DNA of 64,000 bases from an uncultured Verrucomicrobiae bacterium (GCA_963788655.1 CAWBHS010000057.1:192189-256188); one strand, 5' to 3'. Positions 11,594-23,300 are shown, numbered from the stretch's first letter. Notes: a model not told the origin generated them from the letters alone. Numbers and translations are program-made.

Positions 11594-14480
11594 AGTGTTT
11601 CAGTTTTCCGGGGTTACAGGTTCCAAACTCTTCGACGGCGGTAATGGTTTCGGTGCGCGGGCGCGGTCCGGGTTCTTCGGCGGCAAAGGCGCGTTCGAGC
11701 AATTGTTCCTGCTCGATCTGATGCGCGGCGGCGGAGCCGGTGGCCGGACTGGCCGAGGCCGGACGGCAGATGCCCGTGAACGGCAGGCGACCGAGGAACT
11801 CCATGCCCACAGTCACGCGGAGGTAGCGCCAGGCGCCCATGTTTTCCGGTTCCTCCTGCACCCAGATCACGTTGGTGCCATCGCGGCATTGCGCCAGCAG
11901 CGGTTCCAATTCCGCGCGAGGGAACGGATACTGTTGCTCCAGCCGCAGGATGGCCACTTCGTTGCGCTCGAGTTCTTCGCGTCGGGCGGCGAGGTCGTAA
12001 TAAAACTTGCCGCTGCACAACAACACCCGGTTGGCCGCGGCCAGGCAGACGCCGCGCTGGTCGGGCAACACGCGTTGGAAGCGGCCGCCAGTCAAAGTCC
12101 TCGATCGGAGAAACAACTTGGGGATGACGCAACATGCTCTTAGGCGTCATCACGACCAATGGCTTGCGCCACTTGCGCAAAACCTGCCGGCGTAACAAAT
12201 GGAAAAACTGCGCGGGCGTCGTCGGCACGGCGACCTGGAGGTTGTCTTCCGCCGCGAACATCAGAAACCGTTCCAGCCGGGCGCTGGAATGCTCCGGCCC
12301 CATGCCTTCAAAACCGTGCGGCAGCAGCAACACCAGTCCGCTCAATCGCCGCCATTTATCTTCGCCGCTCACGATGAAACTGGTCGATCATCACCTGGGC
12401 CGAGTTGGCGAAGTCGCCGAACTGCGCTTCCCAGCCCACCAAGCCATCGGGACAATCCAGGCTGTAGCCGTATTCGAAGCCCATCACCGCGAGTTCGGAC
12501 AACGGGCTGTTGCTGATCTCGACGAGCGCTTGATCCTTCGCCAAGTGTTGCAACGGCATGTAGGTCCGACCGGTTTCGACATCGTGCAACACGGCGTGAC
12601 GATGACTGAACGTGCCGCGTTCCGAATCCTGGCCGGTAAGCCGAAGACGATGGCCTTCAACCGCCAAGCTGGCCAGCGCCAGCATTTCGGCGGCGGCCCA
12701 GTCCAGGGGACGCTTGTCCCGGGCCATTTCGCGGCGAAGATCCAGCAGCCGCTGCAGTTTCGGAATGCACCTTGAAGCCGTCGGGCACTTCGGTCAGCCG
12801 TTCGAGCAATGCGACGGCTTGTTCGCGAGGCACGCCGGTGTCCACTTCATCCTCGCGCGGTTCGATGCCGCCCAGGTAGCCTTGCCAGACGCCGGTCAAG
12901 CTGCTGGGCAGCGAGGCGTGAAAATCGCCGCGAGCCTCGTTGAGTTGTTCCTCCAACAACTCATAACGCCGCCGGGCAATCTCGTCGGCTTCCGCGTCGC
13001 TGACTTCATCCAGTTTTCGCAGGTGCTTCAGGTAGCCTTCGCGCACCGATTTGCGTTCGCGAATGATGCGGTAGAGCAACGGCTGCGTGAACGAGGGTTC
13101 ATCGCCTTCGTTGTGACCGAGGCGGCGGTAACAATACATGTCAATGAACACGTCGAGCTTGAATTTCTGCCGGAAATCCATCGCCAGTTGCAGGCAATGA
13201 GCCACCGCTTCGGGATCTTCACCGTTTACGTGCAGAATGGGCGAAGGCAGCATTTTGCACACGCTGGTCGAATACATGCTCGAACGGCCCTGCGTGGGTT
13301 GGGTGGTGAAGCCGATCTGGTTGTTGACGATGATGTGCAACGCTCCGCCCACGTGATAGGTGTCCAGGCGGCTGAGGTTCAGTGTCTCCTGCATGATTCC
13401 TTCGCCAATGAACGCGGCATCGCCGTGGATCAGTAGTGGCATCACTTGATGGCGATCCAGGTCCATCAGGCGATCCTGTTTGGCGCGCACCCGGCCCAAC
13501 GCCACCGGATTCACGAACTCGAGGTGACTGGGATTGAAACAGAGCGAGAGATGAACCACCCGCCCCGCGCCGGTGGTGTAATCCCGGCTGTAGCCCAGGT
13601 GATATTTTACGTCGCCGCCGCCCAGGTAGAGATCGGGATCCTTGTCTTCGAACTCGCGGAAGATTTCGCGCGGGCTTTTGCCGATGATGTTGGCCAGCAC
13701 GTTCAACCGTCCGCGATGGGCCATGCCGACCACGATTTGCTGGACGCCCTGTTCGCCAGCTTTCTCGATGGCCAGGTCCAGCAAAGGGATCAGACTCTCG
13801 GCGCCCTCGAGGGAAAAGCTTTTGGCGCCCACATATTTCTTGCGCACGAACTCCTCGAACACCAGCGCGTCGGTCAGGCGGGAGAGAATGCGCAACTGCT
13901 GCTCGCGGGGAAGTGGGGTGCGGTATTGCACGTTTTCAATCCGCTCCTGGAGCCAGTGGCGCACCTCGAGGCGGTCAATGTGCATGAACTGGACACCAAG
14001 CGAACCGCAATACGTCTTGCGCAGCCGATCCACGATCTCGCGCAGCGTCAACCGCCCCTGCGCCTGCATCGTCTCGCAGACGAACTCGCGGTCCATGTCC
14101 GCCTCGGTGAAGCCGTAGTGCTCGACCTCCAATTCCGGCACGTGCGGCAGAAAATCGCTGAGCGGATCGATCTTCGCCCGAATGTGCCCGCGCACGCGAT
14201 AGGCGCGGATCAGGCGGTCAACGCGATGTTGGAGACGGATCATCTTTTCCAACTCAGCATCATCAGTCGCCTGGCGCGCTCCGGTGGGATTGAACAAACT
14301 GCGGTGGGGAAACGACGGTCCCAGTTTCAGCGTCCCATTTCCGGGTTCGCCATCGGCCAAGCCATCAAAATACGCTCGCCATTCCTCGGCGACGCTCGCG
14401 GGGTCGCGTGCATAGTCCGCGTAAAGCGACTCGACAAATTCCACGCTGCTGGCATCCGGTAATCGGCTCGTCGTCTTCAT
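11511..14480 (-). pseudogene. sucA: 2-oxoglutarate dehydrogenase E1 component, broken by at least three apparent frameshifts (~12764, ~12378, ~12093)
   Basis: Track ORFs 12657..14519, 12356..12727, 11614..12372 and 11511..12116 join as one SucA. Motifs: N-terminus MKTTSRLPDASSVEFVESLYADYARDPASV (ATG 14480), TPP region HGDAAFIGEGIMQETLNLS, IDQFI|[35 protein letters not shown]. The 3' end is uncertain. The last frame runs to 11511 and overlaps sucB by 83 nt. One more indel would place the stop at TGA 11600-11602, just before the sucB ATG. Confidence 0.8.
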
Positions 14481-14622
14481 CTCTTTTTCTGCAACGAGGA
14501 TACACAATAGTCGGGGCAAAGCAAAATGTTAGAATCAGCAGCCCATAGAAGAAGGGATCAAAAAGCCGAAGATTGAAGGCCGATAGCAGCGAGAAGCCGC
14601 CCGACGCAGAATGGATCGTGGT

Positions 14623-14776
14623 CAGTCGCGCCAGCGTCTGGAGTGCGTGGAGCTTGCTCCCGCTTTTGTTGAGGGCCTGGCTCACCTAGACTGGCCAGTG
14701 GGCGCAAGCGTTTGATCGCTCTGTTCCAACCGAAAGCGCCGGCAAGCCGGGCGCACTCCAGACGCTGGCGCGACTG
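14623..14776. repeat. Palindromic dispersed element (family 1, copy 2) with perfect 25-bp inverted repeat
   Basis: CAGTCGCGCCAGCGTCTGGAGTGCG (14623-14647) is the exact reverse complement of 14752-14776. The inner halves GGAGCTTGCTCCCGCTTT / GAAAGCGCCGGCAAGCCGG match the copy at 4401-4550 in flipped orientation. Confidence 0.8.
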
Positions 14777-14900
14777 CCCGGGCTGCTCCATGTCAGGCGG
14801 CAATCCATACGAGAGCGTTGGCCATGGTCGCTCGTCATTTTTGGCCCTTCTTGGGTGGCTCGATTTCGCTTACAAAAACGAAGTTACAGGTTCAAAGTCG

Positions 14901-14936
14901 AAAGAAATCCGAAGCCCGCAATCCGATTTCCGAAAA
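14901..14936. repeat. TTCGGATTTCGG-type repeat (family 3), reverse orientation
   Basis: AAAGAAATCCGAAGCCCGCAATCCGATTTCCGAAAA; its reverse complement contains GCTTCGGATTTCT and TTTTCGGAAATCGGA. Confidence 0.5.
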
Positions 14937-15080
14937 CAAGGACCAAGTAGCAGCTTACGTTTCTGGAGCGCGGATGAGGGCATCCGCGCTCCGATTGGCT
15001 CTTGGCGCGAACTCAGGAAAACACGAGTTGCCGCCACCCGGTTGACCTCCCGCCGACTTGAGCCCTTCGGGTCTCGATCC

Positions 15081-15122
15081 TCGGCCTTCGTTCAGAGCTC
15101 GGCTTTCGGCTTTCGGATTTGG
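15081..15122. repeat. TTCGGATTTCGG-type repeat (family 3)
   Basis: TCGGCCTTCGTTCAGAGCTCGGCTTTCGGCTTTCGGATTTGG. Confidence 0.5.
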
Positions 15123-15178
15123 CGCGCTTCGGTTTTGCACAGTTGCTTTCCCTCCTGATCCGGGTATAAACGCGCTCC

Positions 15179-16441
15179 ATGAAGCGATTTCCTTTAATCG
15201 CGTTTTTTGCCCTGATGTTTGCGATCTCCTGGGGCATCTGGTTTCCGCTGGCCGCAGTGATCCAGAATGCTCCGGACTGGGCGCGCTCCAGTCATTTGCC
15301 GGCCTTCCTGCAAGTGCTGGGCGCGTTCGGCCCCTGCTTTGCCGCGCTCGTGGTGACCGGCGTGGTGGACGGCGTGGAGGGCTTGCGGCAACTGTTCCGA
15401 CGGTTGCTGGTCTGGCGGGTCAACGTGAGTTGGTATGTGGTGGCCTTGTTGCTGCCCGCGGCCATCTCGCTGCTGATCACGGTCATTCACATGATGTTTG
15501 GCGGTGACGCGCCGGATTTTACGAATCCGCCCATTTACGCCGGCTACGGGAGCTTGCCGCAATGGATGCAATCGTACACGGCCTGGACCATCTTGATTCC
15601 CGTGTTCCTGATTCAACTCATCACCGGCAGTTCGGTGGGCGAAGAACTGGGCTGGCGGGGATTCGCCTTGACGCGCTTGCAGCGGCGGCTGAGCGCACTG
15701 GATGCCTCGCTCATCATCGCGGTGGTCTGGGCCGTTTGGGCGCAACCGTTGTTCCATTTGCAGCGAGTGCAAGCCGGCCCCTGGCTCACGGTTGAGGATT
15801 TCCGCAACCTGCCCCGGCTCGTGCAGCGCCTTCAACGGGGAACTGACCCAGTATCGCGGTTGGTGCAACGCCGTTTGTCGCCGCCGCTGCGGAGCGTGCT
15901 GCTGGCTTCCGACAGTTCGCCGGACAGCGCGAAAGCCCTCCAATTTCCCTTGCTCGTGGAACTCAACCAAATCCTCAATGGACCCTCGCTTTACGACGCG
16001 CAACGGTTCAAAGAGGTGCGCTTGTCCGCGGCCACCTATCGCTTGCTCGACTCGAAACCACAAGGGCTCCGGTTGGCTCGTTTGAACCGTTTGTTATTGC
16101 AGCAGGCTTACCCGGGGGACATTGGGAAGAGCTTCAGCGTGTATTTCCTACCGTTCATTCTGCTGCTGATTGGGGTGATCCCGGCGCAGATTCTGATTAC
16201 TTGGCTCTACAACAGTACCGGCGGCAGTTTGCTATTGGTGGTGCTGTACAACAATGCACTGAAAACCACCGACCTGTTCGTAGCCGCGCCGAACGCCGGC
16301 CAGGTGGTCTCGGTGGCGGCGTATTGGCTGGTCACACTGTTGATCGTTTCCGCCGTCGGCACCAAACGGTTAACCCTCCGGACGGTTTCCGCCGAAAAAC
16401 CAACCAGTGATACACCCGCTCAGGACGGGAGCTTGGCTTGA
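15179..16441 (+). CDS. CPBP-family (CAAX/Abi-type) intramembrane protease homologue with an internal hydrophilic insert
   Basis: Intact 420-aa ORF with multiple TM segments and CPBP motif 1 GEELGWRGFALTRL. A ~130-aa Arg/Leu-rich soluble segment (about nt 15750-16130) separates the motif-2 and motif-3 regions. Confidence 0.7.
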   Translation: MKRFPLIAFFALMFAISWGIWFPLAAVIQNAPDWARSSHLPAFLQVLGAFGPCFAALVVTGVVDGVEGLRQLFRRLLVWRVNVSWYVVALLLPAAISLLITVIHMMFGGDAPDFTNPPIYAGYGSLPQWMQSYTAWTILIPVFLIQLITGSSVGEELGWRGFALTRLQRRLSALDASLIIAVVWAVWAQPLFHLQRVQAGPWLTVEDFRNLPRLVQRLQRGTDPVSRLVQRRLSPPLRSVLLASDSSPDSAKALQFPLLVELNQILNGPSLYDAQRFKEVRLSAATYRLLDSKPQGLRLARLNRLLLQQAYPGDIGKSFSVYFLPFILLLIGVIPAQILITWLYNSTGGSLLLVVLYNNALKTTDLFVAAPNAGQVVSVAAYWLVTLLIVSAVGTKRLTLRTVSAEKPTSDTPAQDGSLA

Positions 16442-16613
16442 ACTACGGCAACACGAACCAATTCTCGTCAAGGCGGCGTTGAGAATCCGACAAGCGTGGA
16501 TGGGTGAAGGATTTGTTTTCAATGACGCGACCTGCAGGCCCCTCCAAACAGATGACATTTCCTTTTCTATGGGTGCGCCGGAAAGGGGCAACCGGCCTGC
16601 CAGCGATGCGTCA

Positions 16614-16874
16614 TCAATTGTTGCTGAAGTCGCCTGAAATCGGGATCGATCGCCGCCAATCCACTTCTGGGCCAACTGATCTCTCTTCCCATCGCAATAG
16701 GACAGCCGGATCAGTCTCCACGGCCTGAGGAGGTTCCAAAGACTCTTGGTGGCGATGGAAAAACCGGGTGAGTCGTTTCCGGGTTTCTTCAGCCCCGGCG
16801 TTGAACCCGTGGAGGTAGAAAACAACCGCAGCCGCCACGATCAGTCCCAAATAAACATAGTCTTTCGCAGTCAT
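16614..16874 (-). CDS. Hypothetical small membrane protein (86 aa), weak call
   Basis: ATG-initiated ORF in the otherwise non-coding 16442-17304 gap. One predicted TM helix YVYLGLIVAAAVVFYLHGF. No recognisable family and no clear RBS. Confidence 0.25.
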   Translation of the reverse strand: MTAKDYVYLGLIVAAAVVFYLHGFNAGAEETRKRLTRFFHRHQESLEPPQAVETDPAVLLRWEERSVGPEVDWRRSIPISGDFSNN

Positions 16875-17260
16875 ACTTCTGCCGCCAGCGCGTCTGGCGA
16901 ATCAGTGTTCGAAGGTCTAACTGCGGTGGTGAACAGCAAACAGGGTGCCGCGAGAAAGCAAAGCCGTGGTGGAGTCGCTAAAGTGGATTCAAATCCGCCA
17001 TGCCAAGGTATTGAATTCTGAGAATCCTGGAACGTGAAACCCCAGATTGAGAACCTATCCTGCCAGGAAGGTATCGAAGTATCGCATCAGCGGGAGCTTT
17101 ACGGTATTCGACTCTTGGGCTTCTTTTGGAAATCGAACTTGAGACTTCGGGCTTTATGGCGCCAAGTCGCCCTCCTCGGCAAATCCCTGAAGCTCAACAA
17201 ACTCCGATTAACAGCCAACGCCCGGCAAGGCGGACAGCCGCGTCTCATTCCGAGCCAGGT

Positions 17261-17285
17261 TCGGGCCTGGAATGTCCAGGCCCGA
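17261..17285 (-). terminator. GC-rich hairpin about 20 nt downstream of the giant gene A stop codon
   Basis: TCGGGCCTGG AATGT CCAGGCCCGA: perfect 10-bp stem with a 5-nt loop. No U-tract follows, so it is not a canonical intrinsic terminator. Confidence 0.35.
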
Positions 17286-17304
17286 GCCATTGGCCGGTCA
17301 TTGA

Positions 17305-20300
17305 TTAATGTTCCACCACCCGATAGAACCGATGGGGTTGGCCATCGAGCATTTGCTCGAGACTGGCCGTGGTGCCGTTCAGGGTGACCTCGCCGGGCAA
17401 CACCTTCCACTGGGCTTCCATGAGATTGTCTTTATACTCGACTTGGTAATTCTTGCCGGGAACCGCTTCCCAGGACAAGACCACCCGATCCGTACTGGCG
17501 GTAATGTTCAAGGCGATAGGAGCCGGGGTAAACTCCACTTGATCCACCCAGCCTCGATCCTGGCCGATGGCGCTGCCGTAATCCTTGACATAAACCCACC
17601 ACAGTACGTGACTGCCAGCCGGGATGGCGAACGCCTGTTGCTCCCAGTCCACGTCTCCAGAAATGTTAGTCTGCTCGACGCCGCCAGCGTAGAACCGCAG
17701 GAAGTCACGGTTGGTTTCGGAAGATACCTTCCACCAGAAAGTCAGCGTGCCCGGTCCCACTACCGTGGTTTCCAGCCAGGTTTGCTGATTGTCTTCGATC
17801 ATGCCGCTGCGCGTCGCGTCTTCTCCATCGTGGGTCAGGTTGGTCTGCGCAAGCCAAACAGCGTTGCCGCCCGTGGTCCAGACCAGGTTCGTGGCGTCCA
17901 GGGCCTCCGCCAATGACAACACTGCATTCGTCACCGTCAATTGCGCCGCGCCACTGGTGACGTTCCCGGCCGTATTGCTCACCCGCACCGAATAGGCACC
18001 GGTTTGATCAACCTGCACTGTATCCAACGTCAATTGCGCGGTGGTAGCGCCGCTCACGGTGGCGCCGTTCGCCAAGTCCGCCCCGCCGAACTGCCATTGG
18101 TAGCTGAAGGGCGCGGTGCCGCTCACCGCCACCGAGAAGCTGACTGTCGCCCCGACGCGCACGTTCCGGCTCTGAGGCTGGCTCGTGATGGCCGGTGGGA
18201 GGAGAACCGTCAAGACCGCGTCCTCACTGGTGACGCTGCTGGCGGCGTTGTTCACCACGACCGAATAGGCGCCCGCTTGACCGGCTTGCACATTGGCCAG
18301 CGTCAACTGCGCCGTCGTCGCGCCGCTCACGCCCGTGCCATCCGTCAGGTTGTTGCCGTTCAGACGCCACTGATAATTGAGCGGCGGGGTGCCACTGGCG
18401 GCCACCGAGAAGCTGGCCATCGTGCCTGCAGCCACGGTCTGGCCTTGCGGCTGGCTCGTAATCTCCGGCGGCAGGATAACGGACAAGAGCGCCTCATCAC
18501 TGGTGGTGTCTCCGGCGGCATTGCTCACCACCACGGTATAAGCGCCAGCCTGGGCGGCTTGCACGCCGGTCAGGGACAAGTGAGCCGTGGTGGCACCGCT
18601 CACGCCACTGCCGTTCACCAGGTCCGCGCCGTTGAACTGCCACTGGTAGGTGAACGGTTCGGTGCCCGTGGCTGCCACGTCGAACGTAACATTCCCGCCC
18701 AACGCCACGTTTTGGCTCGCCGGCGGGCTGGTGATTTCCGGAGTCATCGTCATGGTGACAATGGACAAACGGGCGCGCGAACTGACGATGCTGCCGGCCG
18801 CATTGCTCACCACGACCGAATAGTTGCCAGCTTGGGCCAACGGCACGTTGCCCAGACTCAAATAGGCCATGGTGGCGCCGCTGACGTTGCCGCCGTTCAC
18901 CAGATTGGTCCCGTTGAACCGCCATTGGTAAGCCAGCGGCGGCAAGCCCGTAGCGGACACGCTGAAGGAAATCGATTCGTTAGTGAGCACCGTCACACTG
19001 CGCGGCTGTTCCAGAATCGTTGGCAGGCGGTTCTGCGTAAAATTGACCGTGGCAAAGTCGTCGCCAGTGGCAACCGCTTGCGAACGGCCTGTCACCGCCA
19101 CATGCCCGTCGTTCGCGACTGCAATGGCGTTGGCCACGTCCGCCAACCCAGCAAAGTCGTAACTCATCGTCCAGGCTTGATTACCTTGGGTGGTGTATTT
19201 AACCACCAGATAATTTGTGTTGCCCGCGGTCTCCGTGGAACCTGCCACGAACGCGTTACCGGCCAAATCCAACGCCAACGAGGTGGCGTTGTCGTCACCG
19301 GCACCGCTATAGCCAATATCCCATTGTTTGTTGCCGGCGGCATCATACTTGATCGTGATCCAATCCCGGCCGTTGGCGGCGGTGGTGACAGTTCCCGCGA
19401 CGAGAACATTACCCGCCGCGTCAATGGCCAGCGCCCGTGCTTCGTCCTGATCATGGGCCGGACTGTCATAACGTTTCGCCCAAAGTTGGTGGCCGGCGGC
19501 ATCATACTTGACCGTGGCAAAGTCCGCCATGGTGCCAGTGCCCCAGGACGAGCCCGTGACGATCACGTTGCCCGTCGCATCCAGCGCGATGGCCGTGGCC
19601 ATGTCGGTTTGCACGGCGGGGCCCGAATACGTGGCCACCCACAGCACGTTGCCGGCGGAATCGTATTTCACGGTAGTAAAATCCATGCCGTTCGTCGTTC
19701 CAGTGGCGCCGCCCGTCACATACACATTGCCCATGGCATCGACGGCCAGTCCGGCAGCCTGGTCAAGATTTCCGGCCGGGCCATTGAAGCGCGCCGACCA
19801 TAGCTTGGCGCCGCTGGCATTGTATTTGACCGTGTTATAGTCATTGGCGGTGGTGCCGGTGACATAGACATTGCCGGCGCTGTCCACGACCACCTTGCAA
19901 GCGGAGTCATCACCCGCGAAGGAGAAACGCGCAACCCACAGTTGGTTGCCCTCGGATCCATACTTCACGGTGGCGTAATCGTAATTGCCGCCGAGCGATT
20001 GGCCGGTCACATACACGTTGCCAGCGTCATCCACCGTGATGGAATTGGCTGCATCGTAACCGTTACCCAGGCCGTTGTAACGCGCACTCCACAGTTTGGC
20101 GCCATCGGGCGCGTATTTGACTGTCAGATAATCGCTGCCGGACGATTCGCCCACGGAAACCCCGGTGACATACACGTTGCCGGCGTCATCCACCACCATC
20201 GCGTGCGCTTCATCGGCACCGTTGCCCGTCCCGTCGTAACGCGCGGCCCAATCGGTTTCCACATCCGCCACCAAGGTCAACGCCGCCGAAGCGCTGGTGA

Positions 20301-23300
20301 CCGTGCCATGCTGGTTGGTGACGACCACGGAATAGCTGCCGACTTGCGCGGCCTGCACATTGAGCAGGGTTAACCGGGGGGTCGCCGCACCGCTCACGCC
20401 GATGCCGTCGGTCAGGTTGGCGCCGTCGAGACGCCACTGGTAACTCAAGGGTTCGGTGCCGCCGGCGCCGACATCGAAACTCACCGTCGCGCCTGCCAAC
20501 ACAGTTTGGCTCACCGGTTGGGTGGTAATCGAGGGCGGCAGATTGACCGTCAAATGGGCGGCCGAACTCGCCACGCTGCCGGCCACATTGGTTACGATCA
20601 CCGTGTAATCACCCGCCCGGGCAGATTGAACGTTCGCCAGCGTCAGACTCGGCGTGGTCGCGCCGCTTACGCCCGTACCGTTCAGCAGGTTGGCCCCGTT
20701 GAACTGCCATTGGTAGCTCAACGGCGCGGTGCCGGTAGCGGTGACGGTAAAGGTCGCCGTTCCTCCGGCTACCACGGTGCGGCTCTGCGGCTGGCTGGAG
20801 ATCGCCGGCGGAATATTTACCGTCAACTGCGCGTTAACGCTGGTCACGCCGGCCGCCGCGTTGGTAACCATCACCGAGTAAGTGCCGGCTTGCGCGGCCT
20901 GCACGTTGGCCAAAGTCAGGTTGGGCGTGGTCGCGCCGCTCACGCCGCCACCGTTCGGCAGGATGGCACCGTTGTAGCGCCATTGGTAGCTCAACGGCGC
21001 GGAACCGCTGACGCCGACGCTGAAGGTGACGGTATCGCCCACCACCGCAGTTTGGTCGGTCGGTTGTCCGGTTATTACCGGCGAAAGGAACGCCCGCGCC
21101 TGGGTCACGGTGTACGGCTCACCCGCAATTACCAATACGCCCGTGCGTTCGGCCGGATCCGGATTTGCCGCCACGGTGTAGTTCACCGTGCCGTTACCGG
21201 TGCCGCTGGCCCCGGACGTAATGGTAAGCCAGGTATTCGTGCTGACGGCGGTCCAGTCACAACCGTCGATGGCAGTCACGCTGACTTGGGCGCTTTCCTG
21301 CCCTTCGCCATGGCTGCGGTTGGTGGGTGCAATTACGAAGGTGCAAGGCGCGCCGGACTGGGTTACCGGGAAGAGCTGGCCGGCGATATACAAGTTGCCA
21401 ATTCGCGCGAGGCCGGTGGGATTGGCAGCGACCGAGTAGGAAATGGTCCCGCTATTAGTGCCGTTGGCGCCAGCGGTGATCGTGATCCAACTGTTGGTAT
21501 TGCTCACGGTCCAACTGCACCCTTCGAGCGTCGTTAGACTAATCGCTCCGACTTCCGCGGTATGGCCATGGGAACCACTGGCAGGATTAAGGGTAAAGCT
21601 GCAATCCGCGCCGACCTGGGTCACCACGAAGGACCAGCCGCCCATTGACAGTTCCCCAACCCGAGTTAATGCGGTCGGATTAGCCGCCACGGCGTAACTC
21701 AGGGTGGTGCTGCCCGGGCCGTTGGTACTGGAGGTGATCGCGAGCCAATCGTTGGTGGTGTAAGCCGTCCAATTGCAGGTGCCACACGTAATAATGTCCA
21801 CCGAACCCGTCTCCGCCCCGGCCCCGTGGACCCGTTCCGTTGGGGCAATCGCAAACGCGCGCTGGCTCATTGTGAAGATTTGGTCGCCGATGATAAATAC
21901 GCCCGAGCGCTCGTTGACGCTAAGATTGGGCAACACGGTGTATTCAATCGGGCCGCTGCTCACTCCGTTGGTGCCGGCGGTGAAGATGATCCAATCGTTG
22001 GTGTTGATGATGGTCCACGGACAATCCGTGATGGTGGTCAGGGTTACATACGAACTGGCGCCGCCGTACCCGTGGGTGCGTTTGCTGGGCGACAAGTCGA
22101 ACGTGCAGGGAATCCCCTGCTGGCTCACCGTAAACGACAGTCCCGCCACCGCCACCACCCCGGTCCGCATCAGCGGGCTGGGATTGGCCGCGACGGAATA
22201 GTTCACCGTGCCCGGCACGGTGCCGCTCGCACCTGCTGTGATGGTGATCCAGGCATTCGTGCTGACGGCAGTCCATGGACAGCCCGGCACACCGGTGACA
22301 CTGATCTGACCGGTTGCGGCACTGGACGAATGGACGCGATTGCTTGGCGTCAGCCCATAGGTACAAGGTGCTCCGTCCTGGCTCACGGTATAGGCCTTGC
22401 CGGCAACCGTCATGACCCCGGAGCGCACCAAGTGGCTGGGATTGGCGCCCACGGTGTAGTTCACGGCGCCGTTGCCCGTGCCACTCGCACCCGAGGTGAT
22501 CGAGATCCAGGGGTTCGTGTTGACCACCGTCCACGGGCAGTTGGTGAGCGTGGTGACACCGACCTGCCCGGTGGACGAAAGGTAGCCGAAGGCTTGATTG
22601 GTCGCCGAAATCGCGAACGTGCAGGGCGAGCCAAACTGCTGCAGCAGGAACGTTTGACCGGCAATGTCCACGCCACCAATGCGATCGTTCGGTCTCTGAT
22701 TCTCTTGCACGGTGTAGTTGATGATGCCGTTGCCGGCGCCGTTGGTCAGACCGGTGAACACGATCCAGTCGTTCGTGTTGACCACGGTCCAACTGCACTC
22801 GCTCACCGTTAGCACGCTGATCTGGCCGGTCGTGGAGACGTAATCCACAATACGGTCCGTCGGCAGGAGGGTGTAGGTGCAGGGGCTGCCCAACTGGGTC
22901 ACCAAGTACGCGTTATCAGCAATGTTAAGGTAACCACTGCGCGCGTTAGGGCTATAGTTGTCGGTGGTCGTGTAGCGCAACGTCGCCGAGCCAAGCCCAC
23001 TGGCGCCGGCGGTGATCGTGATCCAACTGTTACTGTTGATGGTCACCCAACTACATTCGTTACTGGTGGCAACGCTCACCAAACCGGCTTCAATGCCGCT
23101 GCCGTGCAGACGGTTGGTGGGGGCAATGGCAAACGTGCAGGGCGCGCCATCCTGGGTCACCGGGAAGGCCTGGCCGGCGATGGTCAACGTGCCCGTGCGC
23201 GGGGCGGGAATCGGATTGGCCGCCACGGTGAAGGTCACGATGCCGTCCCCCGAACCGCTGGCCCCGGCGGACACCGCCAGCCAGGAGTTCGTGCTGACCG

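Noticed and set aside
11146-11644. Alternative-frame ORFs across the sucB linker region (11146..11358 minus, 11164..11481 plus, 11270..11644 plus).
   Set aside because: They overlap the Ala/Pro/Lys-rich inter-domain linker of E2, a low-complexity region that stays open in several frames. The sucB frame is the only one carrying the recognisable lipoyl and catalytic motifs.
16985-16996. GGATTCAAATCC, a T-loop-like string that hinted at a tRNA or tmRNA in the 16.4-17.3 kb non-coding gap.
   Set aside because: The flanking 5-nt segments (GTGGA / CCGCC) do not pair. I could not build an acceptor or anticodon stem on either strand.
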